Origin: Dickeya solani IPO 2222
Lineage (GTDB): Bacteria; Pseudomonadota; Gammaproteobacteria; Enterobacterales; Enterobacteriaceae
Assembly (NCBI RefSeq): GCF_001644705.1
Contig: NZ_CP015137.1
Location: 480,001-512,000, forward strand
Length of the DNA stretch: 32,000 nt
Reading direction: 5' to 3'
Part shown: one piece after another, positions 9,282 through 18,996 of the stretch
Numbering within the stretch: position 1 is the stretch's first letter
Layout: every line of letters begins with the position of its first letter
Notes under the pieces: model-generated
The model's input: the letters and a program-made list of their open reading frames with translations, nothing else
What the model was told of the DNA's origin: nothing
Databases searched by the model: none
Position numbers and translations under genes: made by a program

Positions 9282-11423
9282 GTGTCCCGTATAATCATGT
9301 TGATTCCTACTGGCACCAGCGTGGGCCTGACCAGCGTCAGCCTGGGTGTCATTCGTTCCATGGAACAGAAAGGCGTGCGCCTGAGTGTATTCAAGCCCAT
9401 CGCTCAGCCGCGTTCCGGTGAAAGCGCACTGGATCAAACCACCACCATCATCCGCGCCACCTCCGCCATTCCGGCCGCCGAGCCGCTGACGATGAGCTAT
9501 GTGGAATCGATGCTGAGCAGCAACCAGCAGGACGTGCTGCTGGAAGAGATCATCGCCCGCTACCACGAAAACACCCAAGACGCGGAAGTCGTACTGGTGG
9601 AAGGCCTGGTACCGACCCGCAAACATCAGTTCGCCAACGCGCTGAACTATGAAATCGCCAAAACGCTGAACGCGGAAATCGTCTTCGTACTGGCGCTGGG
9701 CAATGATTCCCCGGCCCAGTTGAAAGAACGCATCGACATCGCCCGTTCCAGCTTCGGCGGCAGCAAGAATAAAAACATCACCGGCGTTATCATCAACAAG
9801 CTGAACGCACCGGTGGACGAGCAGGGTCGCACCCGTCCCGATTTGTCTGAAATCTTTGATGATTCCAACAAAGCCAGCGTCGCCAATGTCGATCCGAAGC
9901 TGCTGTTTGCCAACAGCCCGCTGCCGGTTCTGGGCTGCGTGCCGTGGAGCTTTGATCTGATCGCCACCCGCGCTATCGACATGGCTAACCACCTGAACGC
10001 ACGCGTTATCAACGCCGGCGACATTCAGACCCGTCGTGTGAAATCAGTGACCTTCTGCGCCCGCAGCATTCCGCATATGCTGGAGCATTTCCGCCCGGGT
10101 TCGCTGCTGGTGACCTCTGCCGACCGTCCGGACGTACTGGTTGCCGCCTGTCTGGCCGCCATGAACGGCGTTGAAATCGGTGCCTTGCTGCTGACCGGCG
10201 GCTACGAAATCGACCCGGCCATCAACAAGCTGTGCGAACGTGCCTTCCAGACCGGCCTGCCTGTATTCATGGTCAACACCAACACCTGGCAGACCTCGCT
10301 GAACCTGCAGAGTTTCAACCTGGAACTGCCGGCCGACGACCACGAGCGCGTGGAAAAAGTGCAGGAATACGTGGCGCGCCATATCGATACCCAGTGGATC
10401 GATTCGCTGACCGCTACCTCCGAGCGTTCACGCCGTCTGTCTCCGCCAGCGTTCCGCTATCAGTTGACCGAACTGGCGCGTCAGGCAAGCAAACGCATCG
10501 TACTGCCGGAAGGTGACGAACCGCGTACCGTCAAAGCTGCGTCCATCTGTGCCGAGCGCGGCATCGCGCAGTGCGTATTGCTGGGCAACCCGGATGAAAT
10601 TCAGCGCGTAGCCGCTGCGCAGGGCGTTGAGCTGGGTAAAGGCATCGAGATCGTCGATCCGATCGAGGCTCGTGAGCGCTATGTACCGCGTCTGGTCGAG
10701 CTGCGTAAGAGCAAAGGCATGACCGAAGTGGTCGCCCGCGAACAGCTGGAAGACAACGTGGTGCTGGGCACCCTGATGCTGGAACAAGGCGAAGTAGACG
10801 GTCTGGTATCCGGCGCGGTTCACACTACCGCCAACACCATCCGTCCGCCGTTGCAGTTGATCAAGACCGCACCGGGCAGCTCGCTGGTATCCTCCGTGTT
10901 CTTTATGTTGCTGCCAGAGCAGGTGCTGGTTTATGGCGACTGCGCCATCAACCCGGATCCGACCGCTGAACAGCTGGCTGAAATCGCTATTCAGTCCGCC
11001 GACTCCGCCGCCGCTTTCGGCATCGAACCGCGCGTTGCGATGATCTCCTACTCGACCGGTAACTCCGGCGCCGGTAGCGATGTGGATAAAGTCCGCGAAG
11101 CGACCCGTCTGGCGCAGGAAAAACGTCCGGATCTGGTGATCGACGGTCCGCTGCAGTACGACGCCGCCATCATGGCCGACGTGGCGCTGTCCAAAGCGCC
11201 GAACTCACCGGTTGCGGGTAAAGCCACCGTGTTCGTGTTCCCGGACCTCAACACCGGCAACACCACCTACAAAGCGGTACAACGTTCCGCCGACCTGATT
11301 TCCATCGGGCCGATGCTGCAAGGCATGCGTAAGCCGGTTAACGACCTGTCCCGCGGCGCGCTGGTAGACGACATCGTTTACACCGTAGCACTGACTGCCA
11401 TTCAGGCCACCCAGATCGCCTGA
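9282..11423 (+). CDS. pta: Phosphate acetyltransferase
   Basis: The 713-aa ORF with a GTG start, [44 protein letters not shown]..., is collinear with remembered E. coli Pta, which also starts at GTG. Confidence 0.98.
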   Translation: MSRIIMLIPTGTSVGLTSVSLGVIRSMEQKGVRLSVFKPIAQPRSGESALDQTTTIIRATSAIPAAEPLTMSYVESMLSSNQQDVLLEEIIARYHENTQDAEVVLVEGLVPTRKHQFANALNYEIAKTLNAEIVFVLALGNDSPAQLKERIDIARSSFGGSKNKNITGVIINKLNAPVDEQGRTRPDLSEIFDDSNKASVANVDPKLLFANSPLPVLGCVPWSFDLIATRAIDMANHLNARVINAGDIQTRRVKSVTFCARSIPHMLEHFRPGSLLVTSADRPDVLVAACLAAMNGVEIGALLLTGGYEIDPAINKLCERAFQTGLPVFMVNTNTWQTSLNLQSFNLELPADDHERVEKVQEYVARHIDTQWIDSLTATSERSRRLSPPAFRYQLTELARQASKRIVLPEGDEPRTVKAASICAERGIAQCVLLGNPDEIQRVAAAQGVELGKGIEIVDPIEARERYVPRLVELRKSKGMTEVVAREQLEDNVVLGTLMLEQGEVDGLVSGAVHTTANTIRPPLQLIKTAPGSSLVSSVFFMLLPEQVLVYGDCAINPDPTAEQLAEIAIQSADSAAAFGIEPRVAMISYSTGNSGAGSDVDKVREATRLAQEKRPDLVIDGPLQYDAAIMADVALSKAPNSPVAGKATVFVFPDLNTGNTTYKAVQRSADLISIGPMLQGMRKPVNDLSRGALVDDIVYTVALTAIQATQIA

Positions 11424-11441
11424 TCGCGGTAATACAGAAGC

Positions 11442-11471
11442 AAAAACGCCAGCAAATGCTGGCGTTTTTTT
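11442..11471. terminator. Bidirectional rho-independent terminator between pta and yfcD
   Basis: AAAAA-CGCCAGC-aaat-GCTGGCG-TTTTTTT: a stem flanked by an A-run (11442-11446) and a T-run (11465-11471), between convergent genes. Confidence 0.8.
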
Positions 11472-11498
11472 ATGGACAACCGTTCGAAACAGCCAAAC

Positions 11499-12113
11499 TC
11501 AATGCTCTTCTTCCACCGCATCGCGATCTTCCGTTCCGGCCGAATCGTCATCGTTCTGGACTCGTGACGAAACTCGTTGCGGCTTGGCGTAGTCGTTGCT
11601 GCCGCTGTTGCGGCTTAGCCATAGCGACAACGCTTTGAGCGAATCGGGGGTGAACTCATCACAGCGCGCGGTAATCTCCTCCGGCGTCAGCCAACTGACT
11701 TCGTCAATCTCTTCCGCCTGCAGGGCAAACGGGCCATGCATGACGCAGCTGAACAGCCCACCCCATACCCGACAGTCATCGCTTTCGTAGTAAAACAGAC
11801 CGTGTTCGGCAAACGGCACGCCGGCGATTCCCAGCTCCTCTTCCGCTTCACGGCGCGCCGACTCCAGCAGATTTTCACCGCTTTGCACCACGCCGCCTGC
11901 GGTTGCATCCAGCCAGCCGGGATAAAAATCTTTGATTTCGGTGCGGCGCTGAACCAGAATCTTGCCCATGCCATCATGTACAACAATGTAGGTAGCACGG
12001 TGCCGCAGGTGCTGAGCGCGCATCTGCTGGCGACTCGACTGGGCGATAACCTCGTTGTTTTCATCAACGATGTCGACCCACTCCGTGCCTGCCGTCTGTG
12101 TTTGTTCCACCAT
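11499..12113 (-). CDS. yfcD: Nudix hydrolase YfcD
   Basis: [63 protein letters not shown]...[24 protein letters not shown] contains the Nudix box and is collinear with remembered E. coli YfcD (180 aa). This copy has about 25 extra C-terminal residues. Confidence 0.9.
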   Translation of the reverse strand: MVEQTQTAGTEWVDIVDENNEVIAQSSRQQMRAQHLRHRATYIVVHDGMGKILVQRRTEIKDFYPGWLDATAGGVVQSGENLLESARREAEEELGIAGVPFAEHGLFYYESDDCRVWGGLFSCVMHGPFALQAEEIDEVSWLTPEEITARCDEFTPDSLKALSLWLSRNSGSNDYAKPQRVSSRVQNDDDSAGTEDRDAVEEEH

Positions 12114-12203
12114 CCTCTGAAACCCTTTCGTCGTGGCGCGGTCACGCGCATCAGTTTTTAAAAATATTGGAATTATTGATGTGATGTGAGAGTAGCGTCT
12201 AAG

Positions 12204-12755
12204 TTAGTGGCTAATCGCAACCTGTGCAATAGCCTCCCCACCCTGCAATGGCACAACCTGCAACACGCCTTTATCCAACAGGCCGTAACTGGCGGGATAA
12301 CCGCCTTTTGGCAGGCTGACAGAACCGGGATTGAAACAGTAAATATCATCACGTCGCTCGGCCACCGGGAGATGGGTATGACCGAACACCAGCACGTCGC
12401 CAGCGTGCAGCGGCGGTCGTTTTTCCGGGTGATAAAGGTGCCCGTGGGTCAGAAATAAGCGGTTGTCAGGCAGCAGCACCTGTTGCCAGGGCGCGGTGAT
12501 CGGAAACTGCAACAACATCTGGTCAACTTCGCTATCGCAATTACCCCGAACCGCCATAATCTGTGAAGCGTAGCGGTTCAGCAGGCTCGCCACGTCCGCC
12601 GGCTGGTAACGATCCGGCAACGGATTGCGGGGGCCGTGGTTGAGAAAATCGCCCAGCAGGATTAGCCAGTCGGCGCCGCTCTGTTCAAAACGGGCCAGCA
12701 AGGTTTCGGTGGCAGACAGCGAGCCATGCAGGTCAGACGCAAACATCAGTTTCAT
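12204..12755 (-). CDS. yfcE: Mn-dependent phosphodiesterase YfcE (calcineurin-like metallophosphoesterase)
   Basis: MKLMFASDLHGSLSATETLLARFEQSGADWLILLGDFLNHGPRNPLP...GNCDSEVDQMLL..THGH..GHTH matches remembered E. coli YfcE. Start moved from 12818 to the ATG at 12755 by homology, giving 183 aa. Confidence 0.9.
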   Translation of the reverse strand: MKLMFASDLHGSLSATETLLARFEQSGADWLILLGDFLNHGPRNPLPDRYQPADVASLLNRYASQIMAVRGNCDSEVDQMLLQFPITAPWQQVLLPDNRLFLTHGHLYHPEKRPPLHAGDVLVFGHTHLPVAERRDDIYCFNPGSVSLPKGGYPASYGLLDKGVLQVVPLQGGEAIAQVAISH

Positions 12756-13004
12756 AATTCTATCCCGATGCGTGAGAAGATTCGGTCCCGCTATAGTACC
12801 AAAAACCCCTGACATCACTGGTCAAAATTATCGGCTTATTACTTTTCCGCATGGATATGCGCCGCACGGTTCCCGGCGTGAAAAAAAAGATAACCATAAC
12901 GGTTATTTATGTTTCCGGCGGGAAAGTGCTAGGCTTTGGCCTGCCAACTGTTTTCAGCGTCCTCAGTTTCCGGCTGATGACGACCCCCAATGGAGAGATG
13001 ATTC

Positions 13005-13634
13005 ATGATTGACGTGTACTACGCCCCTACCCCGAACGGTCACAAAATCACCCTGTTCCTGGAAGAAGCACAGTTACCCTATCAACTGCACCGCGTAGAT
13101 ATCGGCGCGGGCGATCAGTTCAAACCCGAATTCCTGGCGATTTCCCCCAACAACAAAATCCCTGCCATCGTGGATCAACAGCCCGCCGATCGGGGTGCGC
13201 CGATAAGCCTGTTCGAATCCGGAGCCATTCTGCTCTATCTGGCCGAAAAAACCGGCAAGCTATTGAGCACCGACGTTCGGGAACGCGCCGCCACCCTGCA
13301 ATGGCTGTTCTGGCAGGTAGCCGGTTTCGGGCCGATGCTGGGGCAAAACCACCACTTCAACCACTATGCGCCCCAGCCGGTGCCTTACGCCATCGACCGC
13401 TATCAGAAAGAAACCGAGCGTCTGTACGGCGTGCTGAACACACAGCTGCGTCACCACGCCTGGCTGGCGGGCAGTGAGTACAGTATTGCCGACATCGCCA
13501 CCTACCCCTGGGTGGTGTCTCACGATCGTCAGCGCATCGATCTTGATGCCTTCCCGGCGGTGAAAAGCTGGTTTGAACGTATCCGTGAACGTCCGGCCAC
13601 GCAGCGCGCCTACCAACTCGCGGCGAAAGCCTGA
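13005..13634 (+). CDS. yfcG: Glutathione S-transferase-family disulfide-bond reductase YfcG
   Basis: MIDVYYAPTPNGHKITLFLEEAQLPYQLHRVDIGAGDQFKPEFLAISPNNKIPAIVD...LQWLFWQVAGFGPMLGQNHHFNHYAP is collinear with remembered E. coli YfcG. A GGAGA SD lies 9 nt upstream. Confidence 0.9.
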   Translation: MIDVYYAPTPNGHKITLFLEEAQLPYQLHRVDIGAGDQFKPEFLAISPNNKIPAIVDQQPADRGAPISLFESGAILLYLAEKTGKLLSTDVRERAATLQWLFWQVAGFGPMLGQNHHFNHYAPQPVPYAIDRYQKETERLYGVLNTQLRHHAWLAGSEYSIADIATYPWVVSHDRQRIDLDAFPAVKSWFERIRERPATQRAYQLAAKA

Positions 13635-13648
13635 TCAGGCGTGCCGCT

Positions 13649-13668
13649 ACGCCCGGTTTACCGGGCGT
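13649..13668 (+). terminator. Hairpin just downstream of yfcG (8-bp stem, weak or absent U-tract)
   Basis: ACGCCCGG-ttta-CCGGGCGT begins 15 nt after the yfcG stop and is followed by gattcctcccc. Confidence 0.35.
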
Positions 13669-13907
13669 GATTCCTCCCCATTATTTACTGTCATCACGCT
13701 ATTTGCTGTCATCCTGTCACGCTATTCTATGGGTTTGAAAAGTGCTTGTTCCGCTGATAAAAGTTCCCTGAGATGTGGTTAATATCACCGGCAGGCGAAA
13801 TCGAATCATCTATGCTAAAACCGAAGATGGGAGAGACGGTGCTCCAGCGGGCATAGCACGACTGCCCGGCGGAAGGGATTAACCCGACATACGAAGCGAG
13901 GCCAACT

Positions 13908-14816
13908 ATGAAGTTACTGATCACCGGGGGAACCGGCCTTATTGGACGCCATCTGATTGCGCGTTTGTTGTCCCTGTCACATCAGATAACCGTGGTGACC
14001 CGCTCTCCAGAACGCGCGCGACGACTGTGGGGCGCTCAGGTTGATTACTGGCGCGGACTGGAGGAACAAGCCTCGCTGGATGGTTTCGACGGCGTCATCA
14101 ATCTGGCGGGCGAGCCGATCGCCGACAAACGCTGGACCAAAGCCCAAAAAGCGCGGCTGTGCCAGAGTCGCTGGGATATCACCCGCCAGTTGACGCAGCT
14201 GATTCGCCATAGCCAAACGCCGCCTTCGGTATTTCTGTCCGGCTCGGCCGTCGGCTATTACGGCGATCAGGGGCAAGCGCTGGTGACCGAAGATGAATCA
14301 CCCCACGACGACTTCACCCATGAACTCTGCGCTCGTTGGGAGGCGCTGGCGCTGGAAGCGGAAAGCGACCAGACCCGCGTCAGCCTGTTGCGCACCGGCG
14401 TGGTGTTGTCGGCCGAAGGCGGCGCGCTGGCGAAAATGCTGCCGGTTTTCCGGCTGGGGCTGGGCGGCCCGATCGGTTCCGGCAAGCAATACCTGCCGTG
14501 GATCCACATTGACGATATGACCAACGCTATTTTGTACCTGCTGGATAACCCGATTCTGAGCGGCCCGTTCAACATGGTGTCGCCCTATCCGGTGCGTAAC
14601 GAGAAGTTTTCCGCCATGCTGGCGAGCGCGTTGGATCGCCCCGGCTTTGTGCGCACACCCGGCTGGGCGCTCAGGATACTGATGGGCGAAGCGGCGACAT
14701 TACTGCTGGGCGGGCAACGGGCCATTCCACAACGGCTGGAAAAAGCCGGTTTTGGTTTTCGTTTCTTTGACCTGGAAGAGACGCTGAACGATTTGCTGCG
14801 TCCCCGCGCAGGCTGA
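13908..14816 (+). CDS. yfcH: Epimerase-family protein YfcH (SDR-like NAD-binding domain + DUF1731)
   Basis: [35 protein letters not shown]...[24 protein letters not shown]...[23 protein letters not shown] matches remembered E. coli YfcH. GCGAGG lies 7 nt upstream of the ATG. Confidence 0.9.
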   Translation: MKLLITGGTGLIGRHLIARLLSLSHQITVVTRSPERARRLWGAQVDYWRGLEEQASLDGFDGVINLAGEPIADKRWTKAQKARLCQSRWDITRQLTQLIRHSQTPPSVFLSGSAVGYYGDQGQALVTEDESPHDDFTHELCARWEALALEAESDQTRVSLLRTGVVLSAEGGALAKMLPVFRLGLGGPIGSGKQYLPWIHIDDMTNAILYLLDNPILSGPFNMVSPYPVRNEKFSAMLASALDRPGFVRTPGWALRILMGEAATLLLGGQRAIPQRLEKAGFGFRFFDLEETLNDLLRPRAG

Positions 14817-14856
14817 CGGGTCAACCGGTGCGGAGACGACGTGACGGTACGGAACG

Positions 14857-15630
14857 TTACTTCAACGCACCAGACAGGAATTGCTGCAAACGCGGGCTTT
14901 GTGGGTTGCCGAACACCGCTTGCGGCGGTCCTTCTTCCTCCACCAGCCCTTGATGCAGGAAAATCACATGGCTGGAGACATGCCGGGCGAACTCCATTTC
15001 ATGGGTCACCACCACCATGGTTTTACCCTCTTCCGCCAGTTGCTGCATGATGCGCAACACTTCGCCCACCAGTTCCGGATCCAGCGCTGACGTTGGCTCG
15101 TCAAACAGCAGCACGTCCGGTTCCATTGCCAGCGCACGGGCGATGGACACACGCTGCTGCTGACCGCCGGACAAATCAGACGGGTACTTTTCCTGTGATG
15201 CGTCGGTGATTCCCACCTTGTTCAGGTAGAATTCGGCTCGCTTGCGGGCCTCCGCCTTGCTCAACCCCAGCACCTGCACCGGCGCTTCCATCACGTTTTC
15301 CAACGCGGTCATGAAGCTCCACAGGTTGAAGTGCTGGAATACCATAGTCAACCGGGTGCGCAGCAACTGTAGCTGTTTCTTGTCGAATACCTTGAGCTGG
15401 CCGTCCTTGTCCCGCACCATGTGAATTTCTTGCCCATTTACATGGATCGACCCTTCACAGGGTTTTTCCAGAAAATTGATACAACGCAACAAGGTGCTTT
15501 TACCCGACCCCGATGAACCGATAATGGAAATAACGTCCCCGGCTTTAGCCTGTAATGAAATGCCTTTCAGCACCTCATGCTGACCATAACGCTTGCGTAA
15601 TTCCGTCACCATCAGCTTATTATTCTGCAT
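14857..15630 (-). CDS. hisP: Histidine/basic amino acid ABC transporter, ATP-binding subunit
   Basis: The 257-aa ORF has Walker [10 protein letters not shown], signature [15 protein letters not shown] and Walker [12 protein letters not shown], and is near-identical to remembered HisP. Confidence 0.95.
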   Translation of the reverse strand: MQNNKLMVTELRKRYGQHEVLKGISLQAKAGDVISIIGSSGSGKSTLLRCINFLEKPCEGSIHVNGQEIHMVRDKDGQLKVFDKKQLQLLRTRLTMVFQHFNLWSFMTALENVMEAPVQVLGLSKAEARKRAEFYLNKVGITDASQEKYPSDLSGGQQQRVSIARALAMEPDVLLFDEPTSALDPELVGEVLRIMQQLAEEGKTMVVVTHEMEFARHVSSHVIFLHQGLVEEEGPPQAVFGNPQSPRLQQFLSGALK

Positions 15631-15652
15631 GCTTTGTCTGTTCCTGCACTGT

Positions 15653-16369
15653 TTAATGGGATGAACGGGTATGAAGATGCCGTAACCAACGGCGCTCGGC
15701 CTTTCTGAACAACGAGATCAGCACGAACGATACCGCCAGATACATCACGCCCGCGATGCCAAAGGCGTAAAACGGCTTGTAGGTAGCGGCGTTGATGTCA
15801 CGCGCCACTTTCAGCAAATCCGGCACGGTCACGGTAAAGGCCAGTGCGGTGGAATGCAGCATCAGGATGACTTCGTTACTGTAAGCGGGCAGCGCGATGC
15901 GTAGCGCGCCCGGCAGGATGATGCAGCGATACTGTTTGAAACGCGAAAAGCCGTAGGCGCGGGCGGCTTCGATTTCGCCATGCGGCACCGAACGAATCGC
16001 GCCGGCGAAAATTTCAGTGGTATAGGCGCAGGTGTTGAGCGCCAGCGCCAGAATGGCGCAATTCAGCCCGCTGCGAAAAAACGCGTTCAGCAGGTCGGTG
16101 CCGCGCACCATTTCCAGGCTGTACACGCCGGAGTAGAACACCAGCAGTTGCACATACAGCGGCGTGCCGCGAAACACATAGGTAAAGGTCCACACCGGCA
16201 ACCAGTAGCGGCGGCGGGGCGAAACGCGGGCTACCGCCAGCGGAACCGCCATCAGTCCACCAATGATCACCGACACAATCAGCAGCCACAGCGTCATCGC
16301 CAGCCCGGTGAGACGATAGCCGTCACTCCACAGCAGGGCCTGCCAGTATTGTTGCAGAATCTCACTCAT
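15653..16369 (-). CDS. hisM: Histidine/basic amino acid ABC transporter permease
   Basis: The 238-aa ORF is collinear with remembered HisM (..[32 protein letters not shown]..). Its start overlaps the hisQ stop by 8 nt. Confidence 0.95.
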   Translation of the reverse strand: MSEILQQYWQALLWSDGYRLTGLAMTLWLLIVSVIIGGLMAVPLAVARVSPRRRYWLPVWTFTYVFRGTPLYVQLLVFYSGVYSLEMVRGTDLLNAFFRSGLNCAILALALNTCAYTTEIFAGAIRSVPHGEIEAARAYGFSRFKQYRCIILPGALRIALPAYSNEVILMLHSTALAFTVTVPDLLKVARDINAATYKPFYAFGIAGVMYLAVSFVLISLFRKAERRWLRHLHTRSSH

Positions 16370-17051
16370 AATTTACTTTCCGGACTCCCTGCGAGTAGCG
16401 TTTTTCCAGCCACCACAGCACCCCGTTGGAGAGGGTGGTAAAAATCAGATACAACACACCGGCCACGATGGCGAAAAAGAACGGATGATGGGTTCCCTTT
16501 CCAGCCAGTTGGGTGACTTTGATCACGTCGCTCAACCCCAGCAACGACACCAGCGCAGTGGCTTTGAGAATCACCTGCCAGTTGTTGCCGATCCCCGGCA
16601 GTGCAAAGCGCATCATCGACGGAAACATGATGCGGCGAAACACTTTCATCGGCGTAAAGCCAAACGCCACCGCCGCCTCAATCTGGCCGCGTGGCACCGC
16701 CAGATAAGCGCCGCGGAAGGTTTCGGTGAAATAGGCGCCGTAAATAAATCCCAGCGTAATAATCCCCGCCGCCAGCGGGTCGATATCGATCTGTTCCAGG
16801 CCAACCGCCTCGGTGAGGCTGTTGAGCACCATCTGCAGACCGTAAAAAATCAGCAGCATCAGGACCAGATCCGGCACACCGCGAATCAGGGTGGTGTAAC
16901 CGGAAAAACAGCCGGACAGCAATCGATTGGACGACAGCTTCGCCGCCGCCCCCACCAGACCGATCAGCAGCGCCAGCACCAGCGAACACAACGCCAGTTG
17001 CAGCGTCATGCGGGCGCCATCCATGATTAATTCGGAATAGCCATAAAGCAT
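16362..17051 (-). CDS. hisQ: Histidine/basic amino acid ABC transporter permease
   Basis: MLYGYSELIMDGARMTLQLALCSLVLALLIGLVGAAAKLS... aligns to the remembered HisQ N-terminus MLYGFSGVILQG. Start moved from 17081 to the ATG at 17051, giving 229 aa. Confidence 0.92.
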   Translation of the reverse strand: MLYGYSELIMDGARMTLQLALCSLVLALLIGLVGAAAKLSSNRLLSGCFSGYTTLIRGVPDLVLMLLIFYGLQMVLNSLTEAVGLEQIDIDPLAAGIITLGFIYGAYFTETFRGAYLAVPRGQIEAAVAFGFTPMKVFRRIMFPSMMRFALPGIGNNWQVILKATALVSLLGLSDVIKVTQLAGKGTHHPFFFAIVAGVLYLIFTTLSNGVLWWLEKRYSQGVRKVNYE

Positions 17052-17080
17052 TACATCAATCCGCTCAGAAAAGGCACACA

Positions 17081-17103
17081 TCTGCCTGCACGGCGCAGGC
17101 AGA
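17081..17103 (-). promoter_or_regulatory. Intercistronic stem-loop between hisJ and hisQ
   Basis: TCTGCCTGC(17081-17089)-acggc-GCAGGCAGA(17095-17103), a 9-bp perfect stem in the 68-nt hisJ-hisQ spacer. In Salmonella the equivalent spacer carries REP hairpins that stabilise hisJ mRNA. This hairpin is not REP-like in sequence. Confidence 0.5.
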
Positions 17104-17119
17104 GGTTAATCAGGAAGAC

Positions 17120-17899
17120 TTATTCGCCGTAGACGTCGAAGTCAAAGTATTTCTTGGCCAGCTTGTCGTAGGTACCGTCTTTACGCATGGCCGCAAACGC
17201 TTTATCCAGCGCGGCTTTCAGTTCGGTTTCGTTCTTACGCAGCCCCATGCCGGTACCCACGCCGAACAGTTTGTCGTCTTTCACGGCCGGGCCGGCAAAC
17301 GCATACTCTTTGCCTGCGGCCTGTTTCAGGAAGCCTTCGCTGCCCGCCACTTCATCCTGGAACGCGGCGTCGATACGGCCGGCGGTCAGGTCGGCATAGA
17401 TCAGATCCTGATTCTGATAGGCGACAACATCGACGCCCTTCGGCTGCCAGTACTGGTTGGCGTAAGATTCCTGCGTGGACGCCTGCAGCACGCCGACGCG
17501 CTTACCTTTCAACGCTTCCAGCGTCGGCAGAATCGGCGATCCCTTTTTGGCGATCAGACGGGCATTAGCCGCATACAGTTTGTCCGTAAAGGCAATTTCC
17601 TGCTGGCGCTTTTCGGTGATGGACAGGGAGGAAATGATGGTGTCGATCTTTTTCGCTTTCAGCGATGGGATCAGCGCGTCGAAATCACTCTCAACGAACG
17701 TGCAGTTTGCCTGAATGCGTTTGCACAATTCTTTTGCCAGATCGATATCAAACCCGACCAGTTGACCACTGGCGTCCTTGGATTCAAACGGCGCATAAGT
17801 GGGGTCGGTACCAATCTTGATATTCTTCGGAACCTCGGCGAGGGCGCTGCCTGCTGCGAATACCAGCGCAAGGGGCAAAAGTTTCAACATTTTTTTCAT
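17120..17899 (-). CDS. hisJ: Periplasmic histidine / lysine-arginine-ornithine binding protein (HisJ/ArgT family)
   Basis: The 259-aa ORF has a signal peptide ([21 protein letters not shown]). [36 protein letters not shown]...[21 protein letters not shown] is near-identical to remembered HisJ. Only one binding-protein gene is present, so HisJ-versus-ArgT specificity cannot be decided. Confidence 0.88.
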   Translation of the reverse strand: MKKMLKLLPLALVFAAGSALAEVPKNIKIGTDPTYAPFESKDASGQLVGFDIDLAKELCKRIQANCTFVESDFDALIPSLKAKKIDTIISSLSITEKRQQEIAFTDKLYAANARLIAKKGSPILPTLEALKGKRVGVLQASTQESYANQYWQPKGVDVVAYQNQDLIYADLTAGRIDAAFQDEVAGSEGFLKQAAGKEYAFAGPAVKDDKLFGVGTGMGLRKNETELKAALDKAFAAMRKDGTYDKLAKKYFDFDVYGE

Positions 17900-18018
17900 T
17901 GCGTTACCCTTATTTTATGATTGTGTATGCCTAAGTGATTCGTGAAATCTGACCGCTAAATTGTTGTGATGAATGCGTTTGCCGTGTGCGTTAGTCCGCA
18001 CGTTGTTTGTCAAAACAT

Positions 18019-18034
18019 AGCAAATTTTATGCCA
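18019..18034 (-). promoter_or_regulatory. Candidate sigma54 (-24/-12) promoter for hisJQMP
   Basis: The minus strand reads TGGCATAAAATTTGCT, which fits TGGCAC-N5-TTGCW with exact GG-to-GC spacing, about 120 nt upstream of the hisJ ATG. Confidence 0.6.
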
Positions 18035-18160
18035 TATAGAATATGCAATTCTGCATAAAATCAGGTGTCGTGATCATGATAATCGCATCAATATAATCAA
18101 TGGATTATGTCAGCTCATGCTATCGGGATAAGTAACAAGACGACGATGACTCGCATTAAT

Positions 18161-18177
18161 TGCACAATATTGGTGCA
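18161..18177. promoter_or_regulatory. Candidate NtrC enhancer site
   Basis: TGCACAATATTGGTGCA is a 17-bp dyad matching the NtrC consensus TGCACCA-N3-TGGTGCA. It lies about 130-160 bp upstream of the sigma54 element, with an adjacent half-site TGCACCA at 18184-18190. Confidence 0.55.
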
Positions 18178-18285
18178 TATCAATGCACCATAAAAAATAC
18201 CACGCTACAAAAAAGTGCAAGTCGTTACGCCTGTGCCGGGCAGTCCGGTGATGTACGGCATGGCTTATTATTGCAAATGAGGCGG

Positions 18286-18855
18286 TTACGCGCCCTGCCA
18301 GCGCGTAAACAGATCCTGAGGCAGCGCAATGTCAAACTGATCAATCACCCGGTTGACGGTCTGATCGACGATATCCTGCACAGTTTGTGGGCGGTGGTAA
18401 AACGCGGGCACCGGCGGCATGATTACCGCGCCCATTTCGGCGGCGGCGTTCATCAAGCGCAGATGACCGAGATGGAGCGGCGTTTCCCGCACGCACAGCA
18501 CCAGCGGGCGACGCTCTTTCAGCACTACGTCCGCCGCGCGGGTCAGCAGGCTGTCGGTATAGCTATGGGTAATGCCGGACAGCGTCTTGATGGAACAGGG
18601 AAGAATCGCCATACCTGCCGTTTTAAACGACCCTGACGAGATGCTGGCGGCGATATCGCGGGAATCGTGCACCACATCGGCCAGCGACTGTACATCGCGC
18701 ACGGTCAGTTCCGTCTCCAGCGACAGCGTTTGCCGGGCCGCCGGGCTCATCACCAGGTGAGTTTCAATTCCGGCAACCGGCTGCAGCACCTGCAACAACC
18801 GTACCCCATATATCACGCCGCTGGCGCCGGAAATACCGACAATTAGTCGCTTCAT
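18286..18855 (-). CDS. ubiX: Flavin prenyltransferase UbiX
   Basis: MKRLIVGISGASGVIYGVRLLQVLQ...ILPCSIKTLSGITHSYTDSLLTRAADVVLKERRPLVLCVRETPLH is collinear with remembered E. coli UbiX (189 aa). Start moved from the GTG at 18861 to the ATG at 18855, which is preceded by GAGAGG. Confidence 0.93.
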   Translation of the reverse strand: MKRLIVGISGASGVIYGVRLLQVLQPVAGIETHLVMSPAARQTLSLETELTVRDVQSLADVVHDSRDIAASISSGSFKTAGMAILPCSIKTLSGITHSYTDSLLTRAADVVLKERRPLVLCVRETPLHLGHLRLMNAAAEMGAVIMPPVPAFYHRPQTVQDIVDQTVNRVIDQFDIALPQDLFTRWQGA

Positions 18856-18946
18856 TCTCACCTCTCAGACCCACCGCAACAGAGACGGCAAAACATGTGC
18901 GCTGACTTTGCCGCATCACCAAAGGATTGGCAAGAATAACAGCGAC

Positions 18947-18974
18947 AAAAAAGGGAGCCTACGCTCCCTTTTTT
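18947..18974. terminator. Bidirectional rho-independent terminator between purF and ubiX
   Basis: AAAAAA-GGGAGC-ctac-GCTCCC-TTTTTT (stem 18953-18958/18963-18968). On the minus strand the hairpin is followed by T6, 23 nt after the purF stop. Confidence 0.75.
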
Positions 18975-18996
18975 AACAACGGTCGGCGATCGATTA

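Noticed and set aside
8495-9992. Minus-strand ORFs of 248 and 278 codons, antisense to ackA and pta
   Set aside because: This is the same antisense-frame artefact, with no motifs and no independent signals.
12890-12906. Inverted repeat ATAACC-N5-GGTTAT in the yfcE-yfcG divergent promoter region
   Set aside because: Six-bp arms in an AT-rich region are easily produced by chance, and I know of no regulator consensus that matches.
13727-13924. 65-codon minus-strand ORF, and a possible riboswitch in the yfcH leader
   Set aside because: The ORF overlaps the yfcH start and has no start context. I compared the leader by eye with the c-di-GMP, Mn (yybP-ykoY), fluoride, guanidine and Moco consensus cores and found no match.
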